Source: a virus
Lineage: Duplodnaviria; Caudoviricetes
Strand: one strand, 5' to 3'
IMG/VR virus record: IMGVR_UViG_3300003967_000007
Span: 1-50,215 of that record
DNA length: 50,215 nucleotides
Shown: positions 1 through 7,899 of the stretch, piece after piece
Position numbering within the stretch: position 1 is the first letter of the stretch
Layout: every line of letters begins with the position of its first letter
The notes under the pieces: model-generated
Seen by the model: only the letters and a program-made list of their open reading frames with translations
What the model was told of the DNA's origin: nothing
Databases searched by the model: none
Translations under genes and position numbers: made by a program

Positions 1-645
1 CCACCGACCGCCGCGCGGGCCGGGGATGCCGTCCATGTTCAGGCCCCTGGCAATCTCGCGCAGCGAGCCGCCACGTGCGTATTCCTCGAAAATCCGGCGC
101 ACCACCCCGGCTTGCTCAGGGTTGATTTCCAGCCATGCGCCTGCGATCGAGCCGTCGGCGTGGAATTCATGGCGCGTGCTGTATCCGTAAACCTTGCCAC
201 CGGTATGCATGCCATTCTCGGCATTGCCGCGCATGCCCCGGCTGGTCTTGGCGCCCAGTTCCTTGAGGAAGAGCGCATTCATCGTTCCGTTGAAGCCGAC
301 ATGCAGCTCGGAAATCTCGCCTTCGGAAAGCGTGATGATGCGAACGCCGGCGAACTTCATCTCTTCGAAGACAGCAGCGGTGTCTCTCTGGCCGCGCGAA
401 AGGCGATCCAGTGACTCGGCCAGCACGACATTGAAGCGGCCGCGGCGCGCGTCCTCGCGGAGGCGCACCAGGTCTGGCCGGTTGATGGCGAATGCGCCCG
501 AGATGCCATGGTCGGCATAAATCTCGGAGACAACAAAGCCCTGTCGCTCGGCAAATTCGCGACACAGGCGCAGCTGATCGTCGATGCTGCGCTCATTCTG
601 GCGGTCCTCATTCGAGAACCTTGCGTAGATTACGGCGGTATGCAC
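1..645 (-). CDS. Large serine recombinase (integrase), N-terminal part; runs off the window edge
   Basis: Not in the ORF track; translated by hand from GTG at 645: MHTAVIYARFSNEDRQNERSIDDQLRLC...DHGISG...NRP...LAESLDRLSR...YGY...VVRRIFEEY...IARGLN. Has the YAR-x-S catalytic motif, DRLSR and the start of the recombinase domain; GGAG RBS upstream. Confidence 0.93.
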   Translation of the reverse strand, partial: MHTAVIYARFSNEDRQNERSIDDQLRLCREFAERQGFVVSEIYADHGISGAFAINRPDLVRLREDARRGRFNVVLAESLDRLSRGQRDTAAVFEEMKFAGVRIITLSEGEISELHVGFNGTMNALFLKELGAKTSRGMRGNAENGMHTGGKVYGYSTRHEFHADGSIAGAWLEINPEQAGVVRRIFEEYARGGSLREIARGLNMDGIPGPRGGRW

Positions 646-794
646 CCGTCCGTTGCTCCCTGTTTCATATCCGCTTCATGATCGCGGCGGGCCATGCCTC
701 TGGCAAGAGCCCTGGCCAGCTCCAGCACCGCCGCGTCGGCTTCCGGCCGTTCGGGCGGTGGTGGTGGGAGATTGCTGACGGGTTTCAGGGACAT
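630..794 (-). CDS. Small protein overlapping the integrase start (possible directionality factor)
   Basis: 3' part of track ORF 630..1058 from ATG 794: MSLKPVSNLPPPPPERPEADAAVLELARALARGMARRDHEAD; overlaps the integrase start. Confidence 0.55.
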   Translation of the reverse strand: MSLKPVSNLPPPPPERPEADAAVLELARALARGMARRDHEADMKQGATDGCIPP

Positions 795-799
795 AGCGA

Positions 800-1102
800 T
801 CAGCGCTTGCCAGTTCCGGTGAGCCTGATGCCGATCGCCACGAACCGGCTGCCGTTCGGATAGACCGTGCGGATGGCCGGATCGGCTTCCGGCCCGCACC
901 GCCGCCAGCTGGTGACAACACCCTGCAGGCGGCGCTGCTTTCCATAGCCCAGCGACAGCAGCACCGGGCGGCCGACCGGGCAGTGCTTCTGCGCCCAGCG
1001 CGGCTGATCCGGGCGAAACTCTTCCGTCTTCTCGCCGCGTTCGAAGGCTTCGAACCACCGGCGGGTCAGAGGTATGAAGAGGGGGCTGCCGCTGGTCGTC
1101 AT
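800..1102 (-). CDS. ASCH/PUA-like domain protein
   Basis: LFIPLTRRWFEAFERGEKTEEFR matches the ASCH GxKxxExR signature. Confidence 0.75.
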   Translation of the reverse strand: MTTSGSPLFIPLTRRWFEAFERGEKTEEFRPDQPRWAQKHCPVGRPVLLSLGYGKQRRLQGVVTSWRRCGPEADPAIRTVYPNGSRFVAIGIRLTGTGKR

Positions 1103-1323
1103 GGCCCCGATCTCGTCACGCCAAAGATGGGTGCCTGCCAGACCATCGGATTGGTCTCAATGCCTTTGGCGAAGACTTCAGCCATGCGCAGCGCAGCCTG
1201 GATGCCGTCGGCGCGCAGTGTAATCTTCTGCACGCGTTCTCCGGCGTCTTTCTGGTCGACCTGCTGCCCCCTGCCGGTGCTGTGTGGCCAGACGTGGATT
1301 TCAGCGATCCATTCACACATCAC
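1099..1323 (-). CDS. Hypothetical phage protein
   Basis: 74 aa ORF with 4-nt overlaps to both neighbours. Confidence 0.6.
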   Translation of the reverse strand: MMCEWIAEIHVWPHSTGRGQQVDQKDAGERVQKITLRADGIQAALRMAEVFAKGIETNPMVWQAPIFGVTRSGP

Positions 1324-1568
1324 GATGTTCTCCTCCTCCGCACCACCTGCTTCTTTTCGGTGGGCAGTCCGATCTTTGCCATGATGTCGGCGTGCTTACG
1401 CATCTGACGCATCAGCTGCTCCCGGCCGAATGATCCTTCGGGCAGCTGCTCCGCCAGCACGGCGCAGGCGATGGCCATGATGCAGCGATAACCAACGCGC
1501 AGGATGACGCGCCCCTTCAGCTTAGGCGGCGTGAATGTCGGGCTCGTCAGTTCCAGCGTTTCAGGCAT
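1320..1568 (-). CDS. Hypothetical phage protein
   Basis: 82 aa ORF coupled to its neighbours in the leftward operon. Confidence 0.6.
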   Translation of the reverse strand: MPETLELTSPTFTPPKLKGRVILRVGYRCIMAIACAVLAEQLPEGSFGREQLMRQMRKHADIMAKIGLPTEKKQVVRRRRTS

Positions 1569-1968
1569 CGCGCACTAGGCGGTAGCCAAGCCTGGGCAGA
1601 CATATGAACTGCCACTCCTTCGGCGCCAGCGGTTTCATGCTGCAGACGGCCTGGCGGACAGCCTGATGCGGTTTGGACGGCAGGAACGTGCCCCAACCGG
1701 CCTCGAACAGGGTGCTGTAGGGCACGAGGTCACCGCGGCCATGCAGGAGCGCCAGCAGGACCGGGCGGTGGATTGCCCGCAGGCGATCATGGATGCGCTT
1801 CACCACCGGATCGAGCAGGAACCGGTGCGGCTCGGCCGCGACAGCCCGAAGAAGGCGGGCGGTTTCGAGTTGATCGCTGTCGGCGACGCCACTCCGCGCG
1901 GCCAGATCTTCGAAGTGCAGCGCGCGTGCGAGCAAGGCATCGCTGGGGATGATGGTTTGCGTGTGCAT
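1561..1968 (-). CDS. Protein with a C-terminal OmpR/PhoB-type winged-helix domain and no receiver domain
   Basis: Start trimmed to ATG 1968 (overlaps upstream stop). VLLALLHGRGDLVPYSTLFEAGWG...VRQAVCSMK...FICLPRLGYRL fits the Trans_reg_C pattern. Confidence 0.6.
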   Translation of the reverse strand: MHTQTIIPSDALLARALHFEDLAARSGVADSDQLETARLLRAVAAEPHRFLLDPVVKRIHDRLRAIHRPVLLALLHGRGDLVPYSTLFEAGWGTFLPSKPHQAVRQAVCSMKPLAPKEWQFICLPRLGYRLVRDA

Positions 1969-2441
1969 CAGGTGGCGTCCTTCAGAGCAGTGGCCAGCTT
2001 GTTGCAGTTCGGGAGCGGGGAGAAATGCGTGAAGTATTCCTCTTCCCATTCGCCCCAGTCACTGTCGATGCCGGGGCTCCAAATCTGCGGCGGCTCCTGG
2101 ATTGGCAAGTGATGGCAAAGCACCGGCCCCATATCCTCGTGGTATTCGGATATTGGCCGCAGCGTGTGCAGCGCCGTCAGTTCCGTGGCAGCGGCCTCGG
2201 CGATAGCAAGTTTCACCGAAAGCCACCGGATGCGTTCCTTCGCAGCGGTCTGATAAATGCCGAGTTCGAGGCTGTCGCGATCCACCATGAAGACGGCATT
2301 TGCCAGCAGATAATCGGGCATCTCGGCGAGTGCCAACCACTCGCGCGGCTTGGTGGCGTATTCCCGAGCCTTCGCGTGCCCATCTTCGGTGAGCCAGTGT
2401 CCCGGTAAGGATACTGGCAGCAGGTTCGATTCGGCTGTCAT
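1968..2441 (-). CDS. Hypothetical phage protein
   Basis: 157 aa ORF, translationally coupled on both sides. Confidence 0.65.
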   Translation of the reverse strand: MTAESNLLPVSLPGHWLTEDGHAKAREYATKPREWLALAEMPDYLLANAVFMVDRDSLELGIYQTAAKERIRWLSVKLAIAEAAATELTALHTLRPISEYHEDMGPVLCHHLPIQEPPQIWSPGIDSDWGEWEEEYFTHFSPLPNCNKLATALKDAT

Positions 2442-2878
2442 CGGCGCTTAAGCTCCTTCATCCGCGCGATCCCAGCCTCGAGGGCCGGTGTGGGTTTAGC
2501 GTCCTTGACCAGGTAAGCCGGCGGCGGCATATCGTTCGCAATTTCCAGCAGCACATCGGCATGGCAGGGCTTTCCCGGCCGGCACCAGCAGGCGAGGTTC
2601 TTGCCAGCCAGTTCCCGCTTCACGTCCTCGATCGTTGTCTCGACGCAGGCGAACTTTGCCGAGGCCGGCATCATCCAGCGGCGATTCTGCAGCAGCATGT
2701 GCCGGAACATCTGGACCGGATATTTCTGCCGGCCGTCCATCGCACGGATGCTCGTATGCGGATTGAAGGGCGGTTCCTTGAAGGGATTTCCCCATCGGGT
2801 GGAGCGGTCGACCTTCACCGTGTTTGGCGGCAGCTGAAAGCCCTTGGCCCGGCGGAGCTGGATGCGCTGTGGCGTCAT
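2438..2878 (-). CDS. DUF4326 family protein
   Basis: PQRIQLRRAKG...VDRSTRWGNPF...LAGKNLACWC...CHADVLLEIAN is typical of DUF4326; start trimmed to ATG 2878. Confidence 0.85.
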   Translation of the reverse strand: MTPQRIQLRRAKGFQLPPNTVKVDRSTRWGNPFKEPPFNPHTSIRAMDGRQKYPVQMFRHMLLQNRRWMMPASAKFACVETTIEDVKRELAGKNLACWCRPGKPCHADVLLEIANDMPPPAYLVKDAKPTPALEAGIARMKELKRR

Positions 2879-3000
2879 GGCAGCCATCCATTCGCATGGA
2901 GGGTAGCGCCGAGCCACCAGCCGGCGTCGAAGCCGCTGCGCACCGCGCCGATGATGGCAAAGAGCATAATGAGGGCTGTGGCGAGTGGCTCGCGTGTCAT
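2875..3000 (-). CDS. Small hydrophobic protein (41 aa)
   Basis: Hand-translated MTREPLATALIMLFAIIGAVRSGFDAGWWLGATLHANGWLP; ATGA overlaps at both ends. Confidence 0.55.
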   Translation of the reverse strand: MTREPLATALIMLFAIIGAVRSGFDAGWWLGATLHANGWLP

Positions 3001-3083
3001 GCCGGCCACCAGGTGGTGCGCCACCATCGCCTCAGCTGACGCCAGAAGGGCGGCCGGCGGTAGGTCCAGGCGTTCAGTTGCAC
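2997..3083 (-). CDS. Trp/Arg-rich micropeptide (28 aa)
   Basis: Hand-translated from GTG: MQLNAWTYRRPPFWRQLRRWWRTTWWPA; fills the gap and has an ATGA overlap with the next ORF. Confidence 0.4.
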   Translation of the reverse strand: MQLNAWTYRRPPFWRQLRRWWRTTWWPA

Positions 3084-3238
3084 GGCTTCGATTCCTGCAG
3101 GCGGATGGCGTTCTTCAGCATCTTGCCGAGCCGCTGCCGCTTTCCGCGCGGCATGTCCTTGAGCAGCGCCTTATGCCGCTCCAGCGTGCCGACCTTGGCG
3201 TCGCGATAGGTGGCCTTCATTTCCCTGCTGCGGCTCAT
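3074..3238 (-). CDS. Small basic hypothetical protein
   Basis: MSRSREMKATYRDAK..., 54 aa, GGAGG RBS, ATGA overlap with the upstream ORF. Confidence 0.55.
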   Translation of the reverse strand: MSRSREMKATYRDAKVGTLERHKALLKDMPRGKRQRLGKMLKNAIRLQESKPCN

Positions 3239-3366
3239 GGTGCCTCCGCGGTTGAAAGAGTGCCCGGCCCCGAGGGTGGGTCGGCGAGGCCGGGCTCCGC
3301 AGCATTGCGGCCGAGGTAAGCCGCTGGGGTTGAGGCAGGCTGCTGCGGGGTAAAGTCGTGGGTCAT
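3235..3366 (-). CDS. Small hypothetical protein
   Basis: MTHDFTPQQPAS..., 43 aa, ATGA overlaps on both sides. Confidence 0.4.
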   Translation of the reverse strand: MTHDFTPQQPASTPAAYLGRNAAEPGLADPPSGPGTLSTAEAP

Positions 3367-4577
3367 GCCGGAAACTCCCGGTAGAGGACGCCGTCCAGGA
3401 GCGCGCCGGCTTCCTTCTTGCCGACGCGATAGAGATCCGGTTCGTCGTCGCGGTGGCCATCGGTGCTGGCCATGTTCTCCCTGCTGAAGGTCCACACGCC
3501 ACCGAACCAGTCGGCGGTGTCGACAGTGCCGCTTGTGCGCGCGGTGTTTTCCCCGGGTGCCCATGCGCCCCACTGCTTGAAGAAGAAGGCGACGCGGTTC
3601 TCCTGGCATTCTTCCTTCAGGTCGCGCACCCAGTCGGGATGCATGGGGCGGGCATTCGGGCCGCTCTCGCCGCCGACGATCAACCAGTCCAGGCCTGGCC
3701 CGCAGCGATCGTCATGATGATGGTGAGGGTGCCTGGGACAATCTGAGCGGCCGTCACCGACATGCGTACCATCGCAACCACGCTGGCCCCCGATCCATCT
3801 GGTGCCGCCAAGGCTGCCCTCGAGGCTCAGCGGCCCGAGCAGCGGCTCGGCCGAGACGAAGCGCTTTGCGGCCGGTGTCTTCAACAGCAGCGGGATGCGT
3901 TCGTTGGCGCGCTGCTGATCCTCGGCCGAGACGCCGAGCCAGAGGCCAGGCATGCCATCTTCGATCCACTGCAGGCCGGTCAGAGGCGCATTCTGCCAGA
4001 AGGCATCGCCGTTCAGTTTGCTAACCAGCCGGCAGGCCTTGGCGAAGCCTGTGCCTAGTTGTTCGGTTATCGGCAGGTCCAGGACCCTGCTGAAGTCCGA
4101 CATGAAGGACTGCATCCGCTGGGCGCGCTTGGTGAGAACCTGGTAAATGTGGCGCTGCCGGTAACCGGTAATGACATTCCGGCTGTCGGTGCCGGCCGGG
4201 TCGTAGGTCATCGCCATGACGGCCAACACATTGAGAATGACCTCAGGCTTCACATCCTCGTGGAACAGGTCTGACATGCTGTTGACGAAGATCCTCTGCG
4301 GCGTCTTCCAGCTGAGCGGGGCAAGGAAGATTTTCGCAGAGGCCTCGCGGACCCTCCCAGTCCAGACCGGGCCGGCCTTGCTGGGCATCGTTGTCCGCTG
4401 GTAGTGACCGAGCGGGCCCGGGTCACCATCATGTTTGGCGGCATGGGCATCTGCAATCCGTTCCAGACGAGCCGCCATGCGCATGGCATAGCAATTGGTG
4501 CAGCCTGGCGAGATTACGCTGCACCCCACCAGCGGGTTCCAGGTCTTGTCCGTCCACTCGATGCTGGTTGTGCTCAT
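3363..4577 (-). CDS. DUF5131 (phage Gp37/Gp68) family protein
   Basis: TSIEWTDKTWNPLVGCSVISPGCTNCYA (Cx6CxxC), IFVNSMSDLFH, QVLTKR, FVSAEPLLG, WLIVGGESG, FFFKQWG. Confidence 0.92.
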   Translation of the reverse strand: MSTTSIEWTDKTWNPLVGCSVISPGCTNCYAMRMAARLERIADAHAAKHDGDPGPLGHYQRTTMPSKAGPVWTGRVREASAKIFLAPLSWKTPQRIFVNSMSDLFHEDVKPEVILNVLAVMAMTYDPAGTDSRNVITGYRQRHIYQVLTKRAQRMQSFMSDFSRVLDLPITEQLGTGFAKACRLVSKLNGDAFWQNAPLTGLQWIEDGMPGLWLGVSAEDQQRANERIPLLLKTPAAKRFVSAEPLLGPLSLEGSLGGTRWIGGQRGCDGTHVGDGRSDCPRHPHHHHDDRCGPGLDWLIVGGESGPNARPMHPDWVRDLKEECQENRVAFFFKQWGAWAPGENTARTSGTVDTADWFGGVWTFSRENMASTDGHRDDEPDLYRVGKKEAGALLDGVLYREFPA

Positions 4578-4804
4578 GCCTTCCGGGCCTTTCGCGCCTT
4601 CTTCTGTAGCTTCGCCGGCGCGATGTCTTTGACGATGGCCGTGAGCTTGGCGATCCGGGCGTCGCGCTGCTCGATCGCGGCCGCGCTGGCGTCGAGCAGC
4701 GTGGCCACCTCGCGGGTTTGCAGATGGCCTATGCCGCGGCGCCGGCGGATGGTGTGCTGCATGGCGCCGGCCAGGACGCGCAGGTTTGTCGACAGCGCAC
4801 TCAT
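4574..4804 (-). CDS. Hypothetical phage protein
   Basis: 76 aa ORF with ATGA overlaps on both sides. Confidence 0.6.
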   Translation of the reverse strand: MSALSTNLRVLAGAMQHTIRRRRGIGHLQTREVATLLDASAAAIEQRDARIAKLTAIVKDIAPAKLQKKARKARKA

Positions 4805-5307
4805 GCCCGCACCATCTCGGCCGCCAGCCGGCGTGCCTGGTAGCGCCGCATGCGTTCATCCGTGCCGCGGTGATGCTGCAGCGGCATGAGAAAATAGAGC
4901 TCGGCCGGGTTGATCGTCGGCGCCTGGCCGTCGCGCGGGTTCATCGCGTCGCGGGCGTAATAACGCTTGCCGGCCCGCCCTTCGTTCGGGTCGTAGACCT
5001 TCCAGTCGACCTCCCCACCGGTCACCACCACGCGGTGCATGTCGCCAGGAATGTTCAGGCTGGGCACTGCCACGTAATAGGCACCGACCAGACAGAAGGG
5101 CAGCGGCACCGACATTGGCATCTGGATGGGCAGAATGCCCATTTCGGTCAGGATGGTGGCTTCCTGGTGGAAATAGAGCGGCTCTTCTCCGAAGCGCTTG
5201 ACCAGCTCGCTCACAGGGATACCGGTCACCATCGCAGCACAAGCATGACCGCAGGTGCGCGCGGATGGCTGCTGAACGTGCTGAACCTGAACAGCCCAAG
5301 GGATCAT
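4801..5307 (-). CDS. Peptidase C39-like (papain-fold) protein
   Basis: VQHVQQPSARTCGHACAAMV...MHRVVV...VYDPN gives the Q-x4/5-CG, H and D-P pattern; start trimmed to ATG 5307. Confidence 0.65.
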   Translation of the reverse strand: MIPWAVQVQHVQQPSARTCGHACAAMVTGIPVSELVKRFGEEPLYFHQEATILTEMGILPIQMPMSVPLPFCLVGAYYVAVPSLNIPGDMHRVVVTGGEVDWKVYDPNEGRAGKRYYARDAMNPRDGQAPTINPAELYFLMPLQHHRGTDERMRRYQARRLAAEMVRA

Positions 5308-5633
5308 GGGTTGTCTTGCTCCCATGCCAGCCAGCCATCGAGCCAGTGCATGGTCTCGTTCACCGGCTTCAGCCAGATGCGCCGGCCATCCACACGATAT
5401 GTGCCGTCGAAGGACTGCAGCCGCACCGTACGCCAGGCGAAGCGCAGGCGCGTGGTGCCGGCCGGGATACGCTTCTTCGGCAGCGACATCCGGATCAGCT
5501 CGATGGTGTACGGGAACACCAGCAGGATTGGCGCGGCAAACCACATTAGTCCGAGCAACAGGATGGTGTTGAGCCAGACCAGCTCGGGCGAGATCTCGTA
5601 GGCCGCGAGATAGGCGTCAGCCAGTTCCTTCAC
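5304..5633 (-). CDS. Hypothetical protein with one predicted TM segment
   Basis: Hydrophobic LVWLNTILLLGLMWFAAPILLVF segment; coupled overlaps. Confidence 0.6.
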   Translation of the reverse strand: MKELADAYLAAYEISPELVWLNTILLLGLMWFAAPILLVFPYTIELIRMSLPKKRIPAGTTRLRFAWRTVRLQSFDGTYRVDGRRIWLKPVNETMHWLDGWLAWEQDNP

Positions 5634-5926
5634 GCCAGCACCCCGCTCGGCGGCGACTGCATGCGGGGGGAGGAGCCGAGGAAACGCTCCGATGCAGTCG
5701 CCGCCTCACTGGCCGGGGAGGCACCCGTGGATGGGGAACCTGTCGCCATGCGGACGAGGCCGCCGGCCAGGCACTCATGGACCTTGCTCGCATCGGCTAC
5801 CTGAACGGCAGTGTAGAGCCAGCTGCGATATCCGACCGGCACGGCGCACACCACGCGGCAGACCGTCTGGCTGTCCTTGTGGCCCACCACTGTGCTCGAT
5901 GGGAATTCCGGGGCGAGGATCGACAT
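5630..5926 (-). CDS. Hypothetical phage protein
   Basis: 98 aa ORF in operon orientation. Confidence 0.5.
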   Translation of the reverse strand: MSILAPEFPSSTVVGHKDSQTVCRVVCAVPVGYRSWLYTAVQVADASKVHECLAGGLVRMATGSPSTGASPASEAATASERFLGSSPRMQSPPSGVLA

Positions 5927-5928
5927 GG

Positions 5929-6048
5929 TCAGGCGTCCCGTTTCCGGTCGGCCATCCTATCGACCTCCCGAGCCAGAAAGAGAGCCGCCGCGGCCATCGC
6001 GGCGATGGTCAATGCGAGCGTGAGTGCAACAAACCATCCCGTGCTCAT
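5929..6048 (-). CDS. Small membrane protein (39 aa)
   Basis: Hand-translated MSTGWFVALTLALTIAAMAAALFLAREVDRMADRKRDA; fills the gap between neighbours. Confidence 0.55.
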   Translation of the reverse strand: MSTGWFVALTLALTIAAMAAAALFLAREVDRMADRKRDA

Positions 6049-6053
6049 GGCGC

Positions 6054-6743
6054 TCACCGATGCCGCTGCCAGTCCCAGACGCGCTGCACGATGGCGCGGT
6101 GGGCCTGGTCAATGTCCGCCCAGGCGTCGCCCAGGGTTTCGCGCATCGCGCTGAGGCGCCGCAGGGCGGCTGGCGTGCCGACCGCGAGGCAGAGGGCGAT
6201 CAGTTCGCCGCTGCTGCAGCTGTCGAGCCAGGGATGCGCGAACTTGCGGGACTGACACAGCTTGCGCGCCACCGTCTCCAGATACGGCATGTCGTTGGGT
6301 CCCGGCACGGGCGGCGGCTTCAGCAGGGCTTCGGCCTGGCCGGCCATCCGGAGCGCGGCTGTCAGGTAAAGCGCTGCATAGCAGGTGACTTCTTCGAAGT
6401 GTCCGTCGAAGACCTGGGTCTGCCAAATTTCGCGGCCCGCGTGCTGCTGCTCTCCAAGGCCACCCCCAGGCAGGCGGATGACCACGGTGTGGCCTGAGGC
6501 GAGAAACTTGCCCCAGTACGCGCCCAGTCGGTCGCTAATACAGCTATTGAAGCCGTGATGGTGCATCCGATCATGCAGGTCGTGGGGCTCTACCATCGCA
6601 GCCAGGTCAACGTGCGCCGCCGGCTGAGAGGTTTCATCGGGTCCGCATGGCAGGTCGAAGGCGCGGGAGACCTGCTCCTCAAGCAGCGTGGTGCCGCAGC
6701 GCGAGGTGAGGGCGGCGGCCATGCCGTCTGATTGCATGTCCAT
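6054..6743 (-). CDS. Hypothetical phage protein
   Basis: 229 aa ORF with a GGGGAGG RBS upstream. Confidence 0.6.
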   Translation of the reverse strand: MDMQSDGMAAALTSRCGTTLLEEQVSRAFDLPCGPDETSQPAAHVDLAAMVEPHDLHDRMHHHGFNSCISDRLGAYWGKFLASGHTVVIRLPGGGLGEQQHAGREIWQTQVFDGHFEEVTCYAALYLTAALRMAGQAEALLKPPPVPGPNDMPYLETVARKLCQSRKFAHPWLDSCSSGELIALCLAVGTPAALRRLSAMRETLGDAWADIDQAHRAIVQRVWDWQRHR

Positions 6744-6746
6744 GAC

Positions 6747-7460
6747 TCAGGCCTCCCCGTCGCGATACCAGTTGTCGAACAGGTGGCGCTCGACCTTCTC
6801 AAGGTCGACGTCCACGAACTGAGTGTTCGCGATCAGCGCGGAATAGCTGCCATCGTCGAGGGTTTCGATCCAGCAGGCCCCGGCATACAGGAAGCCGCCG
6901 GCCTTGCTCATGTCGTCAGCCTCGACGCAGGCGACCTCGGCAAGCTCCGTCTGCGTTGCCGCCTTGCGCGTCGCCTGCCACTGCTCGAAGGACAGGGCTG
7001 CATCATCGGGCGTTTCCGCCGCGATCCATTCACGGATCAGGCCTGTACGCGTCTCGGGCGACAGGTTTTCCCAGTTCTCGGACGGGTCATCGTTGTCGAC
7101 CGCACCGGAGAAACAGACGCCCGCCATCCCGCCATCGGAAATCCCGGCGGCGATCATCATCGGCTGGAGGGCAGCATCGAGATCGGAGTTCTGGACCGCA
7201 GCCGCGATCATGTCGTCGGTGATCGCGGCCGGGTTGAGCGTGGCCAGATATAAGCCGGTGTAGATGTCGCCGTCGATCTGACCCGCGAGATAGTGGCGAC
7301 CGCATTCACAGGTGACGAAGAATTCCCCGGGCACTTCGGCCTGAACTGCCAGATTGACGCCTGCTGCCATGCAGGGGAAGCCGCCATCGGTTGTCAGCTT
7401 CGTGCCGACGTGGACTTCGGCGACCTTGGCGAAGGGGCGAGTGGGCTGCTGTCCGGTCAT
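6747..7460 (-). CDS. Hypothetical acidic phage protein
   Basis: 237 aa ORF with a GGAGG RBS. Confidence 0.7.
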   Translation of the reverse strand: MTGQQPTRPFAKVAEVHVGTKLTTDGGFPCMAAGVNLAVQAEVPGEFFVTCECGRHYLAGQIDGDIYTGLYLATLNPAAITDDMIAAAVQNSDLDAALQPMMIAAGISDGGMAGVCFSGAVDNDDPSENWENLSPETRTGLIREWIAAETPDDAALSFEQWQATRKAATQTELAEVACVEADDMSKAGGFLYAGACWIETLDDGSYSALIANTQFVDVDLEKVERHLFDNWYRDGEA

Positions 7461-7463
7461 GGC

Positions 7464-7703
7464 TCAGGCCTCCACCAGTCGGCCCGGCTTGTAGTCCAGC
7501 GCCATCACCCAGGCGTCGGCCATCTTCATGGCGGCCGTCTTGGTCTTGAATACGGTCGGATGGCCGCGACCGCGGAAGCTGGTGATCCACCCCCGACCAA
7601 GCTTTTTGACCAAAGCGCCTGAACCAAACATCATCCAGTGGTTGGTGATGTCGCGTGCGAAGGTCGGATCGGTATCGGTTTCAGTGCTGGTGGTCATCTG
7701 CAT
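7464..7703 (-). CDS. First gene of the leftward early operon, hypothetical
   Basis: 79 aa, AGGGGAG RBS, directly downstream of the PL-like promoter. Confidence 0.7.
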   Translation of the reverse strand: MQMTTSTETDTDPTFARDITNHWMMFGSGALVKKLGRGWITSFRGRGHPTVFKTKTAAMKMADAWVMALDYKPGRLVEA

Positions 7704-7724
7704 CTCCCCTGATCAGATGACCGT

Positions 7725-7765
7725 ATGATAAGAAATTTATCGTTCGCGTCAATAAAAATATTATC
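7725..7765 (-). promoter_or_regulatory. PL-like promoter with overlapping operators
   Basis: Minus-strand TTGACG (7747-7752), 16-nt spacer, TATCAT (7725-7730); palindrome GATAAgaaatTTATC at 7727-7741 and a degenerate copy AATAAaaataTTATC at 7751-7765. Confidence 0.75.
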
Positions 7766-7899
7766 ACTGCCGCAACTATTTCTGCATGCATGTGTAAACC
7801 GCACTGATTGTTACTCTTTTGCCACGACCCTGACGCGTATTCCGACATCCCCGTTAAGCACTCTTGGCATAAACTGAGCTGTCACCACTGGGGGAACGC

